From an uncultured Gammaproteobacteria bacterium (GTDB taxonomy: Bacteria > Patescibacteriota > Microgenomatia > CAZETR01 > Amesbacteraceae): 39,952 nt of DNA. Shown one piece after another: positions 1 through 10,393 of this stretch; positions within the stretch are counted from its first letter, which is position 1, and every line of letters begins with the position of its first letter. The DNA lies in the NCBI GenBank assembly GCA_964358085.1, contig CAYHNU010000003.1, positions 1-39,952 on the forward strand, given 5' to 3'. Both the position numbers and the translations under genes were made by a program. The notes beneath the pieces are model-generated. The model was given only the letters and a program-made list of their open reading frames with translations, was not told the DNA's origin and ran no database searches.

Positions 1-44
1 AATGTCCTAGTTTTTTGTGCTAAACTTTGGGTATGGTTGAAAAC

Positions 45-73
45 TTGACTTGCCTCTTTCGTTTGGATATACT
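45..73 (+). promoter_or_regulatory. sigma70-type promoter upstream of NYN gene
   Basis: TTGACT (45-50), 17-bp spacer, TATACT (68-73). Confidence 0.75.
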
Positions 74-87
74 ATCAATTATCAACG

Positions 88-122
88 CCTCGTCCACGCC
101 TCACGGCCCGACGAGGTTTTTT
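88..122 (+). terminator. Terminator-like hairpin in the NYN leader
   Basis: CCTCGTC (88-94) pairs with GACGAGG (110-116); inner GCC-tcac-GGC stem; followed by TTTTTT (117-122). Confidence 0.6.
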
Positions 123-131
123 GATGCCTAA

Positions 132-710
132 ATGTCAAAAACATTACTCTTTGTGGACGGGGAAAATTTTCTCCACAAAATCAAAGAAATTGTTTCCGAT
201 GAGAAGATAGGAACATTCAAGGATATCTCAAATATTGATTTTCAAAAACTTCTCTCATCCACCCTTCCCAAGCTCAAGTTCAGTCGCAAGTTGTTTTATG
301 CTGCTAAAATACATGCTCATCCGCAAACGCGAACTAAATCAATACAGTTAATTGAACTTCAAAGAAGACTTAAGGCCAATTTAGAAAAGCAAGGGTTCGA
401 ATTCATTATTGCAGGCAATGTCAGAGCCCAATCAATTGGCAACAAAATAATTTTTAGAGAAAAAGGAGTAGATGTAAAAATTGCCGTAGACATGGTCTCT
501 TTAGCGTGCGACAAATTATTAGATAATGCAGTTCTTTGTTCATCAGATTCGGATTTGCAACCAGCTGTTTCAGAACTAAAGCGCCGTAAAGTAAAGACTG
601 TATATTTAGGGTTTGAAGCTAAACTAAACAAAGGTCTCGTGTATACTTGCGATGAAACAGTTCTTTTCCGTAAATTCGAGATTATTCAAGCCATTAAAAT
701 AAAAAAATAA
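132..710 (+). CDS. NYN domain (LabA/DUF88, PIN-like) putative ribonuclease
   Basis: Motifs FVDGENF, EKGVDVKIAVD, LCSSDSDLQPAV. Confidence 0.9.
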   Translation: MSKTLLFVDGENFLHKIKEIVSDEKIGTFKDISNIDFQKLLSSTLPKLKFSRKLFYAAKIHAHPQTRTKSIQLIELQRRLKANLEKQGFEFIIAGNVRAQSIGNKIIFREKGVDVKIAVDMVSLACDKLLDNAVLCSSDSDLQPAVSELKRRKVKTVYLGFEAKLNKGLVYTCDETVLFRKFEIIQAIKIKK

Positions 711-713
711 ATT

Positions 714-965
714 ATGGACGTCAAGCATGTAGCCAAGCTGGCGAATTTAATCCTCAAGCCTGGTGAAGAAGAAAAATTTAAAGACCAATTTGCAGAAACA
801 CTAAAAACAGTCGAGGTTATTAACGAATTAGACACCTCTGGCGTAAAGCCTACTTCTCAAGTTACGGGATTAACTAACGTCACTCGAGAGGACAGGATCG
901 ACAAATCCAGAATGATCAAAATAGGGGATTACTTCAAAGTTCCAGCTATTTTCAATGCTCAATAA
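714..965 (+). CDS. gatC: Asp/Glu-tRNA amidotransferase subunit C
   Basis: VKHVAKLANL, LDTSGVKPT, REDR, YFKVP; directly upstream of gatA. Confidence 0.93.
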   Translation: MDVKHVAKLANLILKPGEEEKFKDQFAETLKTVEVINELDTSGVKPTSQVTGLTNVTREDRIDKSRMIKIGDYFKVPAIFNAQ

Positions 966-2340
966 ACTTTCTCTTTCAGAAGCACTCGCCGGATTAAGGG
1001 TTAAAAAATTTTCCAGTGTTGAACTGGTGCAATCCTGTTTAGATCAGATTAAAAAACATGATAAAAAGTTAAACATTTATCTGGCTATAAATGAAAAAGC
1101 CCTTGACGAAGCCGAAAAAGCAGATGTCTCTAAATCCTTAGGCGGCATCCCCATTGCTGTTAAAGACAATTTTTTAACCCTCGGTCTCCCCACAACCGCA
1201 TCCTCAAAAGTCCTCGAAAACTATATGCCCCAATATGAGTCCACCGTGACCCAAAAACTTAAAAGCGCGGGGGCCATTATTTTAGGTAAAACAAATATGG
1301 ATGCTTGGGCCCATGGCAGTTCCACTGAAACCTCCGATTTCGGTCCCACTTTGAATCCCTGGAATACCAATCATCTGCCTGGTGGATCTTCCGGCGGATC
1401 AGCTGCCGCTGTCGCTGCTGATATGTGCATTGTCGCTATTGGTAGCGAGACCGCCGGATCAATCAGACAACCAGCAGCCTGGTGCGGGGTGACCGGTTTC
1501 AAACCTACTTACGGCCGGGTCAGCCGTTACGGAGTTATTGCTATGGCTTCTTCTACTGACTCCCCCGGCCCCCTAACTAAAACAGTAGGAGATTCGGCTC
1601 TGCTTACTCAAATCATCGCCGGTCACGACCCTTACGATGCCACGACATCTCCCCTACCAGTAGAGGATTACTCAAATCTCAAATCTCAAATCTCAAATCT
1701 CAAAATAGGCATCGCCGTCGATTACCTCGTCAAAGAAATGCGTCCTGAAGTCAAACAAGTTATTCTAGACGCTGTTAAAAAGTTTGAAGAATTAGGAGCC
1801 AAAGTAGAAGAAGTTTCTTTACTGCACCCCAAATATTCAATTGGCGCATATACTATAATCCAACGCTCAGAAGTTTCTTCGAATTTAGCCAGATATGATG
1901 GAATCCGTTTCGGACACGATAGATCGTATTTTGGCGATGAGGCCAAACGCCGCATCATGTTGGGAACTTATGCCCTATCATCTGGATACTACGATCAGTA
2001 TTACAACAAAGCCCAAAAAGTCCGGACACTAATAATTAAAGATTTTGAGCAAGCCTTCAAAAAGTTTGACTTAATTATTGGGCCGACCTCACCGGGACCT
2101 GCCCTTAAAATCGGAGCCAGCATTGATTCTCCTATGTTTGGCGAACTGGAGGACATATTTTTGGAACCCAGCTCAATAGCCGGATTGACCAGTATTAGCG
2201 TTCCATGTGGATTTGTAGATGGACTTCCCATCGGCCTACAAATCACCGGCCCTCAATTTGCTGAAAAGTTAGTTTTACAAGTCGCTCACAGTTATCAATT
2301 ATCCACGGACTGGCATGTTCAAAAACCGCAACTTTCTTAA
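955..2340 (+). CDS. gatA: Asp/Glu-tRNA amidotransferase subunit A
   Basis: Amidase signature [51 protein letters not shown]. Confidence 0.97.
   Translation: MLNKLSLSEALAGLRVKKFSSVELVQSCLDQIKKHDKKLNIYLAINEKALDEAEKADVSKSLGGIPIAVKDNFLTLGLPTTASSKVLENYMPQYESTVTQKLKSAGAIILGKTNMDAWAHGSSTETSDFGPTLNPWNTNHLPGGSSGGSAAAVAADMCIVAIGSETAGSIRQPAAWCGVTGFKPTYGRVSRYGVIAMASSTDSPGPLTKTVGDSALLTQIIAGHDPYDATTSPLPVEDYSNLKSQISNLKIGIAVDYLVKEMRPEVKQVILDAVKKFEELGAKVEEVSLLHPKYSIGAYTIIQRSEVSSNLARYDGIRFGHDRSYFGDEAKRRIMLGTYALSSGYYDQYYNKAQKVRTLIIKDFEQAFKKFDLIIGPTSPGPALKIGASIDSPMFGELEDIFLEPSSIAGLTSISVPCGFVDGLPIGLQITGPQFAEKLVLQVAHSYQLSTDWHVQKPQLS
1671..1705 (+). repeat. In-frame heptamer array (CTCAAAT)x4 + CTCAAAA in gatA
   Basis: Read directly; encodes [11 protein letters not shown]. 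Confidence 0.9.
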
Positions 2341-2360
2341 GCTCGGCAGAAAGGGGGACT

Positions 2361-3566
2361 ATGTCTTGGCAAACGGTTTTGGGATTTGAAGTCCATATTG
2401 AGCTTGGCACGAACACGAAGATGTTCTGTGCATGCCCTGCCGATCATTTTGGCGCAGCGCCAAACACCCAAGTGTGCCCGGTTTGTTTGGGTTTACCCGG
2501 CGCCCTTCCGGTTCCCAACGCCCGCGCAATTGAGTGGTGCGTCAAGTTAGGTCTAGCTCTGGGTTGCGACATAAATCTTTTCTCTAAATTTGACCGTAAA
2601 AACTACTTTTACCCTGACCTGCCCAAGGGATACCAAATCAGCCAGTACGATATCCCCTTTTGCAAAAATGGAGCACTGCTTGGTCACAAAATTACCCGGG
2701 TCCACTTAGAGGAAGACACCGCCAAACTCCAACACTCCGGATCAGAAACTCTCATCGATTTCAATAGAAGCGGCGTACCTCTGGTCGAAATCGTCACCGG
2801 TCCGGATTTTGTCTCTTCGGACGACGGGGTCCTATTTCTAAAAGAAGTCCAGGCCATTGTTAGGGCTTTAGGTATTTCCAGCGCTGATATGGAAAAAGGA
2901 TCAATGCGCCTGGAAGCCAATATTTCCGTCAAACGCCCTGACCACCCCGACCTCCCTGATTACAAAGTCGAGGTCAAAAACGTCAACTCATTTAGATTTA
3001 TTAAAAAAGCCATTGACTTCGAAGTCATGCGTCAATCACGTATCTTGGAATCAGGTGCTAATCCGGTGCAAGAGACACGCGGTTTCAAAGAGTCCACAGG
3101 AGAGACCGTCAGCCAGCGGATCAAAGAAGAAGCCAACGATTACCGCTACTTCCCCGAACCCGACATTCCCCCGCTCAAGTTTACCCAGAGCCAAATCTCA
3201 ATTTGGCGAAGGGAATTGCCCGAACTTCCGGCTCAAATCCGTCATAAACTTATATCCACTCACCATTTGTCTCCTCAATACGCCGCCAAAATTTTAGCCG
3301 ATCCGCAAATGCTCGCGACCTTTCTGCAAAATCCTACCAAAACTACAGCCGATGCCTTGGTCAATAAGCGTTCATTACAAACCAGCGCAACAGTCAAAGT
3401 CGATCCCGAAGTAGTAAGTCGAATTTTGGTTGCCAATCCCAAAGCCGTGGCTGATTTTAAATCCGGCAAACAACAAGCCCTTTTCTTCCTCATCGGCCAG
3501 GTCAAAAAACAACTCGGCAATGTTGATGTGGCCCTTGTCAAAAGGACTGTTGAAGAATTAATATAA
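2361..3566 (+). CDS. gatB: Asp/Glu-tRNA amidotransferase subunit B (shortened C-terminal region)
   Basis: GFEVHIEL, FDRKNYFYPDLPKGYQISQ, HLEEDTAK, DYRYFPEPD. Confidence 0.97.
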   Translation: MSWQTVLGFEVHIELGTNTKMFCACPADHFGAAPNTQVCPVCLGLPGALPVPNARAIEWCVKLGLALGCDINLFSKFDRKNYFYPDLPKGYQISQYDIPFCKNGALLGHKITRVHLEEDTAKLQHSGSETLIDFNRSGVPLVEIVTGPDFVSSDDGVLFLKEVQAIVRALGISSADMEKGSMRLEANISVKRPDHPDLPDYKVEVKNVNSFRFIKKAIDFEVMRQSRILESGANPVQETRGFKESTGETVSQRIKEEANDYRYFPEPDIPPLKFTQSQISIWRRELPELPAQIRHKLISTHHLSPQYAAKILADPQMLATFLQNPTKTTADALVNKRSLQTSATVKVDPEVVSRILVANPKAVADFKSGKQQALFFLIGQVKKQLGNVDVALVKRTVEELI

Positions 3567-3612
3567 CTTATCCGGAAACTGGGGCTGGGCCCCTGCCAAC
3601 GCAAGGATTTAT

Positions 3613-6600
3613 ATGTCCGCTAAATTCGTTCACCTCCACGTCCACACGGAATATTCTCTTCTGGACGGCCTTTCCAAAATTTCCAAGCTCATCCGCCGAT
3701 CCAAAGAATTGGATATGCCGGCCGTGGCCCTTACCGATCACGGAGTCATGTACGGAGCAGTTGAATTTTACAAAGAGTGTACCAAAGAAGGAGTCAAGCC
3801 TCTAATTGGAATGGAAGCATATGTGGTTAACAGAAATCATACTGAAAAAGCCGGCAAAGGCGAAAACAACCATTTATTATTGTTAGCGGCCAATAACGAA
3901 GGCTATCAAAATCTGATGCATCTGTCCACAATTGCCCATTTAGAGGGCTTTTATTACCGTCCCCGTTTTGACAAAGAGACTTTAACTAAATATAGCCAAG
4001 GGTTAATTTGCACCTCTGCCTGTGCTAAAGGAGAAATCGGCCAGCTTCTTGCTGAAAATTCATATGATAAAGCCAGGGAAGCTGCAGAATGGTATCAACA
4101 CCTCTTCGCCGACCGTTATTATCTAGAAATTCAGCGTCATCAAAATGAAGATTATTTCGACTCCGTGAAAGACAACCCTCGTCTCTTAGACAAGCTCAAA
4201 AGTTTTGCCAAAATAGAAAAGATTTGGGGCGACGGTATCGTCAAATTAAGCCGTGATTTAGGAATTAGACTAGTAGCCACCAACGACGCACATTATTTGG
4301 AAAAAACAGACGCCTCCGCCCAGGACGCTCTAGTCTGCATTTCTACAGGTAAAAATACGTCAGCTATTGACCGCTTGCGTTATATTGATACTCCCACTTT
4401 TCATCTGCGGTCACCGGACGAAATGGCAAATATTTTTCCAGATCTGCCGGATTCTTTATCCAACACGGTTAAATTAGCCGAAAAGTGCGATGTCAAAATC
4501 GAGCTGGGTAAATGGTATTTTCCCAATATCGACCTGCCAGCGGGTCAGACAGCCACCCAGGCTTTACAGGATCTGGCCCGCACCAAAACCGATGCAATTC
4601 ACCGCAAACGCCTAGAATACGAGCTGGAAGTTATCTGTTCCAAAGGTTACGCCCCCTATTTTCTGATGATGGCCGATCTGGTTAATTGGTGTACGGATCA
4701 CAATATTATTACCAACACCAGAGGATCAGCCGCCGGATCACTGGTGTCCTACGTCACCGGTATCACCACAGTAGACCCCATTCTTTATGATCTGCCTTTC
4801 GAGCGTTTTCTCAACCCCTTCCGCCCCTCACCCCCGGATATCGATATAGACGTGGCCGACGACCGGCGGGAAGAAATAATTTCTTATATTACCCAAAAAT
4901 ATGGGTCAGATAAAGTAGCTCAAATTTGTACTTTTGGCCGCATGCTAGCTCGGGCCGCCGTCCGTGACGTGGCCCGGGTCCAGGGTCATCCTTACGCCTT
5001 CGGCGATCGCCTCGCCAAGGTCATCCCCATAGGCTCCCAGGGTTTCCCCATGTCCATCGAGCGGGCCCTCAAAGAATCTCCGGAGTTAAAAACCATGTAC
5101 GATTCTGACCTCGAGGTAAAGGAAACCGTTGATCTGGCCCGCCAGATTGAAGGCAACGCCCGACATGTTTCCGTTCACGCTGCCGGCATGGTTGTTTCCC
5201 CACAACCCATGATTAATTACTCGCCCTTACAATTAGAGCCTAAAGGTACCAAGATTATCACCCAGTACGAATTCCACGCCTGTGAAGAAATCGGCCTGGT
5301 TAAATTCGACATCTTAGGTATCCGTAACCTGTCTATTTTAGGTGCGGCCCGCGATCTCATCGAAAATCTGCATCATATTACTCTCGACCTAAAGCACTTG
5401 CCTATGAATGACAAGGCCACCTTTGCCATGCTCACCCGCGGTGAAACCATGGGCGTGTTTCAATTAGGAGGCAGCGGCATGACTAAATGGCTCAAGGAAC
5501 TTAAACCCAACCGCTTGGAAGACATTATGGTTATGATCGCCCTCTTCCGTCCCGGCCCCATGGCCAATATTCCCGAATACATCGCCCGCAAAAACAAGAA
5601 ATCCCCAGTTACCTATTTGCACCCCAAAATGGCCGATTATCTGGACAAATCCTATGGCATCCTAGTTTACCAGGAAGATATTATGTTTACCGGATTAAGT
5701 CTGGCAGGCTACACCTGGGAAACAATAGATAAATTGCGTAAAGCCATCGGTAAAAAACTGCCTAAGGAAATGGCCCAGCAGCACGAAGTATTTGTAGAAG
5801 GCTGTATTAAGACCTCCGGAATGACTCAAGAGGCAGCCGAAAAAATCTGGGAACTGTTCGTGCCTTTTCAGGGTTACGGGTTCAACAAGGCCCACGCCGC
5901 TTCTTATGGCATAGTTGCCTACCAGACTGCATATCTCAAGGCCCACTACCCGGTAGAATACATGACCGCTCTCCTGACGGCCGAATCCGGCGATACCGAA
6001 AAAATTGTGGAAGCCATTGAAGAATGCCGCCGCATCAAAATTCCCGTTCTGCCGCCGGATATCAACAGTTCAGACGTGGCTTTTGCCGTAGATGATAAAT
6101 CTATTCGTTTTGGCCTGTCTGCCGTTAAAAACGTGGGTGAAGCTGCCATTTCCTCCATTTTATCAGCCAGAGCCGATGGACCGTTTACCACATTTACCGA
6201 TTTCTGTCTGCGGGTTGACTCTCAAAAAGTCAACAAAAAAGTTCTAGAAAGCCTCATTAAAGCCGGTGCTATGGACCAGTTTGGCAAACGAGCCGCTCTC
6301 TTAGCGGCCTTAGACAAAATTCGCGAGCTGGGTACCTCTATCAGTAAGCTCAAATCTTCCGGTCAAATCACACTTTTTGCACCTTCCGAGCAATCCGATC
6401 ACTCCGATAAGCTTCCGAATATTGAGGAATTTGAAAAGTCAATTATGCTAGGTATGGAAAAAGAACTGCTGGGTTTTTACCTGACTGAACATCCCCACGC
6501 CGAAAAACTGGCCCAACTTGGACAGCTCATTACTCACCGCATTAGCGAGCTTCCCTCCGGCAATCTCTCCGGCATGCGGGTCACTATCGGCGGCATCATA

Positions 6601-7095
6601 GAGTCCTGCCGCAACGTCATCACTAAAAACGGAAATCTTCCGATGTGCTTCTGCAAAGTATCGGATTTGGGTAAAAGCGTCGAAGCTGTAGTTTTCCCCA
6701 AAACTTACGCCGCTACCCCCGGCGTCTGGCAACCGGATAATCTCGTGCTTCTAACGGGCAAAGTAGAAATGCGCGACACTTCTGCCGAAGAAGACATCAT
6801 TGGCGCCCCCGAGCCGGACGTAACCATCATCGTCGACTCCGCCACCATTTTTACCGGCGAATCTACTATGAACTATGAACCAATAACTAATAACCCAGTT
6901 ACTATCGAGATTCCCAAAGGTCTACTGCAGACCAAACTGGTCGCTCTCAATTCTCTACTTCAATCGCATCGCGGCCAGACCCCTGCCAGCTTGATCTTTT
7001 ATAACGGCTCCTCCTCAAAAACCCTGCCCCTGCCGTACGGCCTGGATTGGACCCCAAGTTTGCAGGACCAAATCCACGAGTTGTTAAAAACCTGA
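3613..7095 (+). CDS. dnaE: DNA polymerase III alpha subunit
   Basis: PHP domain FVHLHVHTEYSLLDG, RGSAAGSLV, FERFLNP..PDIDID, YGFNKAHAASY, C-terminal OB fold. Confidence 0.98.
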   Translation: MSAKFVHLHVHTEYSLLDGLSKISKLIRRSKELDMPAVALTDHGVMYGAVEFYKECTKEGVKPLIGMEAYVVNRNHTEKAGKGENNHLLLLAANNEGYQNLMHLSTIAHLEGFYYRPRFDKETLTKYSQGLICTSACAKGEIGQLLAENSYDKAREAAEWYQHLFADRYYLEIQRHQNEDYFDSVKDNPRLLDKLKSFAKIEKIWGDGIVKLSRDLGIRLVATNDAHYLEKTDASAQDALVCISTGKNTSAIDRLRYIDTPTFHLRSPDEMANIFPDLPDSLSNTVKLAEKCDVKIELGKWYFPNIDLPAGQTATQALQDLARTKTDAIHRKRLEYELEVICSKGYAPYFLMMADLVNWCTDHNIITNTRGSAAGSLVSYVTGITTVDPILYDLPFERFLNPFRPSPPDIDIDVADDRREEIISYITQKYGSDKVAQICTFGRMLARAAVRDVARVQGHPYAFGDRLAKVIPIGSQGFPMSIERALKESPELKTMYDSDLEVKETVDLARQIEGNARHVSVHAAGMVVSPQPMINYSPLQLEPKGTKIITQYEFHACEEIGLVKFDILGIRNLSILGAARDLIENLHHITLDLKHLPMNDKATFAMLTRGETMGVFQLGGSGMTKWLKELKPNRLEDIMVMIALFRPGPMANIPEYIARKNKKSPVTYLHPKMADYLDKSYGILVYQEDIMFTGLSLAGYTWETIDKLRKAIGKKLPKEMAQQHEVFVEGCIKTSGMTQEAAEKIWELFVPFQGYGFNKAHAASYGIVAYQTAYLKAHYPVEYMTALLTAESGDTEKIVEAIEECRRIKIPVLPPDINSSDVAFAVDDKSIRFGLSAVKNVGEAAISSILSARADGPFTTFTDFCLRVDSQKVNKKVLESLIKAGAMDQFGKRAALLAALDKIRELGTSISKLKSSGQITLFAPSEQSDHSDKLPNIEEFEKSIMLGMEKELLGFYLTEHPHAEKLAQLGQLITHRISELPSGNLSGMRVTIGGIIESCRNVITKNGNLPMCFCKVSDLGKSVEAVVFPKTYAATPGVWQPDNLVLLTGKVEMRDTSAEEDIIGAPEPDVTIIVDSATIFTGESTMNYEPITNNPVTIEIPKGLLQTKLVALNSLLQSHRGQTPASLIFYNGSSSKTLPLPYGLDWTPSLQDQIHELLKT
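6862..6897 (+). repeat. 36-nt heptad-built element, copy 1 (in dnaE linker)
   Basis: tctactatgaactatgaaccaataactaataaccca; identical to 34158-34193. Confidence 0.92.
7079..7093 (+). repeat. 15-bp direct repeat, left copy (3' end of dnaE)
   Basis: agttgttaaaaacct, identical at 8350-8364. Confidence 0.85.
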
Positions 7096-7154
7096 TTTAT
7101 TTAAATGCCTTTAAACAGTAAATAGTTGACCTGGTAGATGGTAGAATGGGTGGT

Positions 7155-8351
7155 GTGACAGATAAGATAAATCAGCGTGGGGATGAGGGCATGACCAGGA
7201 GAGAGTTTATTAAGTTGTCTACTATTGAACTAAGCGCGTTAGCGTTAAATTTAAATAGGCCATCTCCAGTAGAGCTTGGATCTTTTGAGAATAATCATAT
7301 TTATAGAACGGCTGAAGGGCTAATTCCAGCCATAGATTATCAAGTTAGTTCGGGAGACAGCATTACAAGGATTGCAGATCGATACAACACTCAAGCCTCA
7401 TTAATTATCACGGCTAATAAATTAACAGATCCAGACCGCATATATCCTCATCAATGGCTTAAAATCCCCAAATATCCAAAAGAGCCGATGTTGTTTATAC
7501 TCGAATCCAAGGTTATTCGCCACATCATTCAACCAGAAGCCACAACGTATAGTATTTCCCGTCTTTATGGTGTGCCTGAACTCCCCGTAGTCGTGTCTAC
7601 ATTTGCTCGGTTTGGACGGCGAAGAGGGCTGCCCGCAGGAGAAACTTTGACATTACACGCGATGAAACCAACTCACATCGTTCCTTTGGACTACCAACCA
7701 GCAGATGATAGGTCACTCTCTTTTGATGCTGTAAATAGTCTTGTCCAAAGGGTCGCCAATGTGTTTTCTTACTATTTGGGCGGACCGGACGGACTTTCAT
7801 ATTTAGTTTCTCAAGGAATACAAATGGGCAAAGGATCTTCCGGGTTTATCCCCCCAAATCATATTGATCTCAATCTGCAAGATACGGTTCAGGAGGGTAT
7901 CATCCTTGGACAATCAGCACATGAAATGTGGCACGAGGTGCCTTTCCCCTGGTGGAGTGCAGGTGTAGACGAGGGAACGGCGGAGTGGGTGTCTATAGAA
8001 TGGGTTGTTGGAACCAGACGGTTGAATCAGTTATTTGCTAGTTCCACACAATGGAATCAAGAAGGATATTATGATTTTGTTAACACCCCTCAGTTACGAG
8101 AAAGAACATTCAATGCGGAACAATATGATTTTGAAAATCGCACCTTGGCGTATGAGGCATGGAGACGGATAGAAGAGCGATACCCTGGGGTTACCGCTTA
8201 TCTTACCAATACGTGGGCAAAAACTGACGAAGGAAAACGTGGATCTCACGATGCAACCCCCATCTCTATAGTGAGTCAATTGGTGAAAGATGATTTTGGA
8301 GAAGAAGCTTGGACATTTATTGAAAATCAACATATTCTTTTTGCGCTCTAG
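7155..8351 (+). CDS. LysM-domain protein with HExxH metallopeptidase-like C-terminal domain
   Basis: LysM YQVSSGDSITRIADRYN..NKLTDPDRIYPHQWLKIP, degenerate second LysM, AHEMWHE...DEGTAEW; twin-Arg-like TRREFIK. Start uncertain (7146/7155/7191); TGgTAGAAT lies 7 nt before GTG 7155. Confidence 0.7.
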   Translation: MTDKINQRGDEGMTRREFIKLSTIELSALALNLNRPSPVELGSFENNHIYRTAEGLIPAIDYQVSSGDSITRIADRYNTQASLIITANKLTDPDRIYPHQWLKIPKYPKEPMLFILESKVIRHIIQPEATTYSISRLYGVPELPVVVSTFARFGRRRGLPAGETLTLHAMKPTHIVPLDYQPADDRSLSFDAVNSLVQRVANVFSYYLGGPDGLSYLVSQGIQMGKGSSGFIPPNHIDLNLQDTVQEGIILGQSAHEMWHEVPFPWWSAGVDEGTAEWVSIEWVVGTRRLNQLFASSTQWNQEGYYDFVNTPQLRERTFNAEQYDFENRTLAYEAWRRIEERYPGVTAYLTNTWAKTDEGKRGSHDATPISIVSQLVKDDFGEEAWTFIENQHILFAL

Positions 8352-8364
8352 TTGTTAAAAACCT
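8350..8364 (+). repeat. 15-bp direct repeat, right copy
   Basis: agttgttaaaaacct followed by aa, recreating a dnaE-like end LLKT*. Confidence 0.85.
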
Positions 8365-8387
8365 AACTTAACTGTAAAATAGGTCGT

Positions 8388-8442
8388 AATATCACCTGGA
8401 CATCCCCCTCTCTTAGATTAAGAGAGGGGATAGGGGTGAGTT
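8388..8442. repeat. Intergenic palindromic element, copy A
   Basis: Core cccctctctta-gat-taagagagggg with outer tcacc/ggtga arms; related inverted copy at 28647-28705. Confidence 0.8.
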
Positions 8443-8450
8443 ATTTATAA

Positions 8451-8786
8451 ATGGCCATTTCAGCATTAATCAAAGAAGTACAAGTCCATGTTGGCGACAT
8501 CGTCCGCGTGCACACCAAAATTATTGAAGGAGAAAAAGAGCGCATCCAGATTTTTGAAGGCATGATCTTGGGCATTCGCGGTCGGGGAGACAACCGCACT
8601 TTCACTGTCCGTAAGATTTCCTCTGGCAATATCGGCGTAGAACGTATTTTCCCCTTTATTTCTCCCTGGATTATCAAAGTTCAGGTCAAAAAACCGGGGA
8701 AAGTCCGTCGTGCTAAACTAACTTATGTCCGTGCACAATCTTCCCGTCAAGTTAGCCGTATTACTGCTGTTAGCCAGCCTGCTTAG
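8451..8786 (+). CDS. rplS: 50S ribosomal protein L19
   Basis: [51 protein letters not shown]. Confidence 0.97.
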   Translation: MAISALIKEVQVHVGDIVRVHTKIIEGEKERIQIFEGMILGIRGRGDNRTFTVRKISSGNIGVERIFPFISPWIIKVQVKKPGKVRRAKLTYVRAQSSRQVSRITAVSQPA

Positions 8787-10374
8787 ATTCTGGAATTTAG
8801 GGACACTCCCCAACGGCCTGCATTGGGACGAAATGGATACCGGCTACCAGGCCTATTCACTTTTTAGAACAGGCAAGGATTACTTTAGTAATCCTCTGCC
8901 TATGTTCCCCCATTCTTTCGCCGATTATCGCACTCCTATTTTCATCTATTCAGCCGTGCCCTTTGTAGCTTCTCTTGGACTATCTGCCGTTTCCGTTCGT
9001 CTGGTGGCCGCCGTCTGGGGACTGCTGGGTATTGTCCTGATATACATTTTGGTACGTGATTGGCTGGCTCCGCTGATTTTGGCTCTCTCACCCTGGCACC
9101 TGCAATATTCCCGTAAATCCGTAGAGACCATGAGTTTAACCACCACTTTTCTTTTAGGTTTGGTTTGTTTCCAACGCGGTCTTCGGCAACCGCGATGGCT
9201 GATTTTTTCTGCTCTCGGTTTTGGTCTTGCCATGACAGCCTATTCTCCCGGCAAACTCTTTGTGCCTTTATTTCTAGTCATCCTAATCTTCATAAATCGT
9301 AAATCATTAGTCCTGATTCAGCGTAAATATTTACTTACATCGGTCTTAGTATTAGCAGCTTTTGGACTTTTAGTTTTTGGAGACGCCATATTTGGAAAAT
9401 CCGGTACCCGCTTCCACGATGTAGCCATTTTCACCGACCCCACCATTTCCACAGAAATTAATTATCAGCGCCAGCTATCTGCCGAATCTTCAGGCCGGCC
9501 CCGCACGGTGGGCATGAGTCCCAGCTTGTTCGATAAACTATTGCACAACAAGCCCCAAGTCTGGATCGCCTCTTTTCTTACTAATTACCTGCGTACTTGG
9601 GGAACTGATTTTCTCTTTATCAAAGGCGATCCCGAACCTCGCCACTCGCCATCCCGCGATTCCATCGGCATGCTGCACATGATCGAAATCGTGCCATTCC
9701 TCGTCGGTCTTTTTGTTCTACTAAAAACCAATAACCAACTAACCAGGCTACTAGGAGCATGGCTGCTTCTTGCTCCAATTCCGTCGGCCTTAACCCGCGA
9801 TGGCGGAGTTCACGCCGCCCGCCTGCTTATTCTCTTCCCCGCCCTGGCCTGGACCATCACTCTCGGTCTCCGCCGGTTTTCCCGTCCGCTATTAACTATT
9901 TACTATTTACTATTTACTATCTCCAGTTTCTATATTTTTGGTTATTATTTCAGCCACTACCGTTTCGAAAGCGCCAAACCCTACCAGTGGGGTTATTCCG
10001 ATTTGATCAAAACCGCCCTGTCCAGGGAAGGCCAATACGACCGGGTAATTATCGACGTGGCCCGCGATTCACCTCTCATGGCCTATTTATTCGTGACCAA
10101 ATTTTCTCCCCGCCGACTTCAGGCCCTCTATCCGCTTCGGGAGCAAATTCTGACAGGGGATAGCCGGGCCTTAGTTTTTGGCAAAATCTGGCTTCTTCAG
10201 CCAGGTGGTCGTGAATGGGTGAACATCACCCTTCCCGGCCGCAATCTGATTCTAGCCTCCGCCGATCAATCTCAACTGGACCGCATTCCCGGCGCTACTC
10301 GTATCAACTATCCCGACTCTCTCGCCGCCTTCTACGTCTTCGAAAAATCCTCACCAGTTGCAATTAGTAAGTGA
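8725..10374 (+). CDS. ArnT/PMT-like (GT-C) membrane glycosyltransferase
   Basis: [34 protein letters not shown], many hydrophobic segments. Confidence 0.8.
   Translation: MSVHNLPVKLAVLLLLASLLRFWNLGTLPNGLHWDEMDTGYQAYSLFRTGKDYFSNPLPMFPHSFADYRTPIFIYSAVPFVASLGLSAVSVRLVAAVWGLLGIVLIYILVRDWLAPLILALSPWHLQYSRKSVETMSLTTTFLLGLVCFQRGLRQPRWLIFSALGFGLAMTAYSPGKLFVPLFLVILIFINRKSLVLIQRKYLLTSVLVLAAFGLLVFGDAIFGKSGTRFHDVAIFTDPTISTEINYQRQLSAESSGRPRTVGMSPSLFDKLLHNKPQVWIASFLTNYLRTWGTDFLFIKGDPEPRHSPSRDSIGMLHMIEIVPFLVGLFVLLKTNNQLTRLLGAWLLLAPIPSALTRDGGVHAARLLILFPALAWTITLGLRRFSRPLLTIYYLLFTISSFYIFGYYFSHYRFESAKPYQWGYSDLIKTALSREGQYDRVIIDVARDSPLMAYLFVTKFSPRRLQALYPLREQILTGDSRALVFGKIWLLQPGGREWVNITLPGRNLILASADQSQLDRIPGATRINYPDSLAAFYVFEKSSPVAISK
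9895..9920 (+). repeat. In-frame heptamer array (ACTATTT)x3 + ACTAT
   Basis: Encodes TIYYLLFTI within a predicted TM segment. Confidence 0.85.
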
Positions 10375-10393
10375 ACATATTATAACTAATTTA

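Noticed and set aside
3613-7095. Intein in DnaE
   Set aside because: Length is typical and no C/S...HN splice motifs or endonuclease insert were seen.
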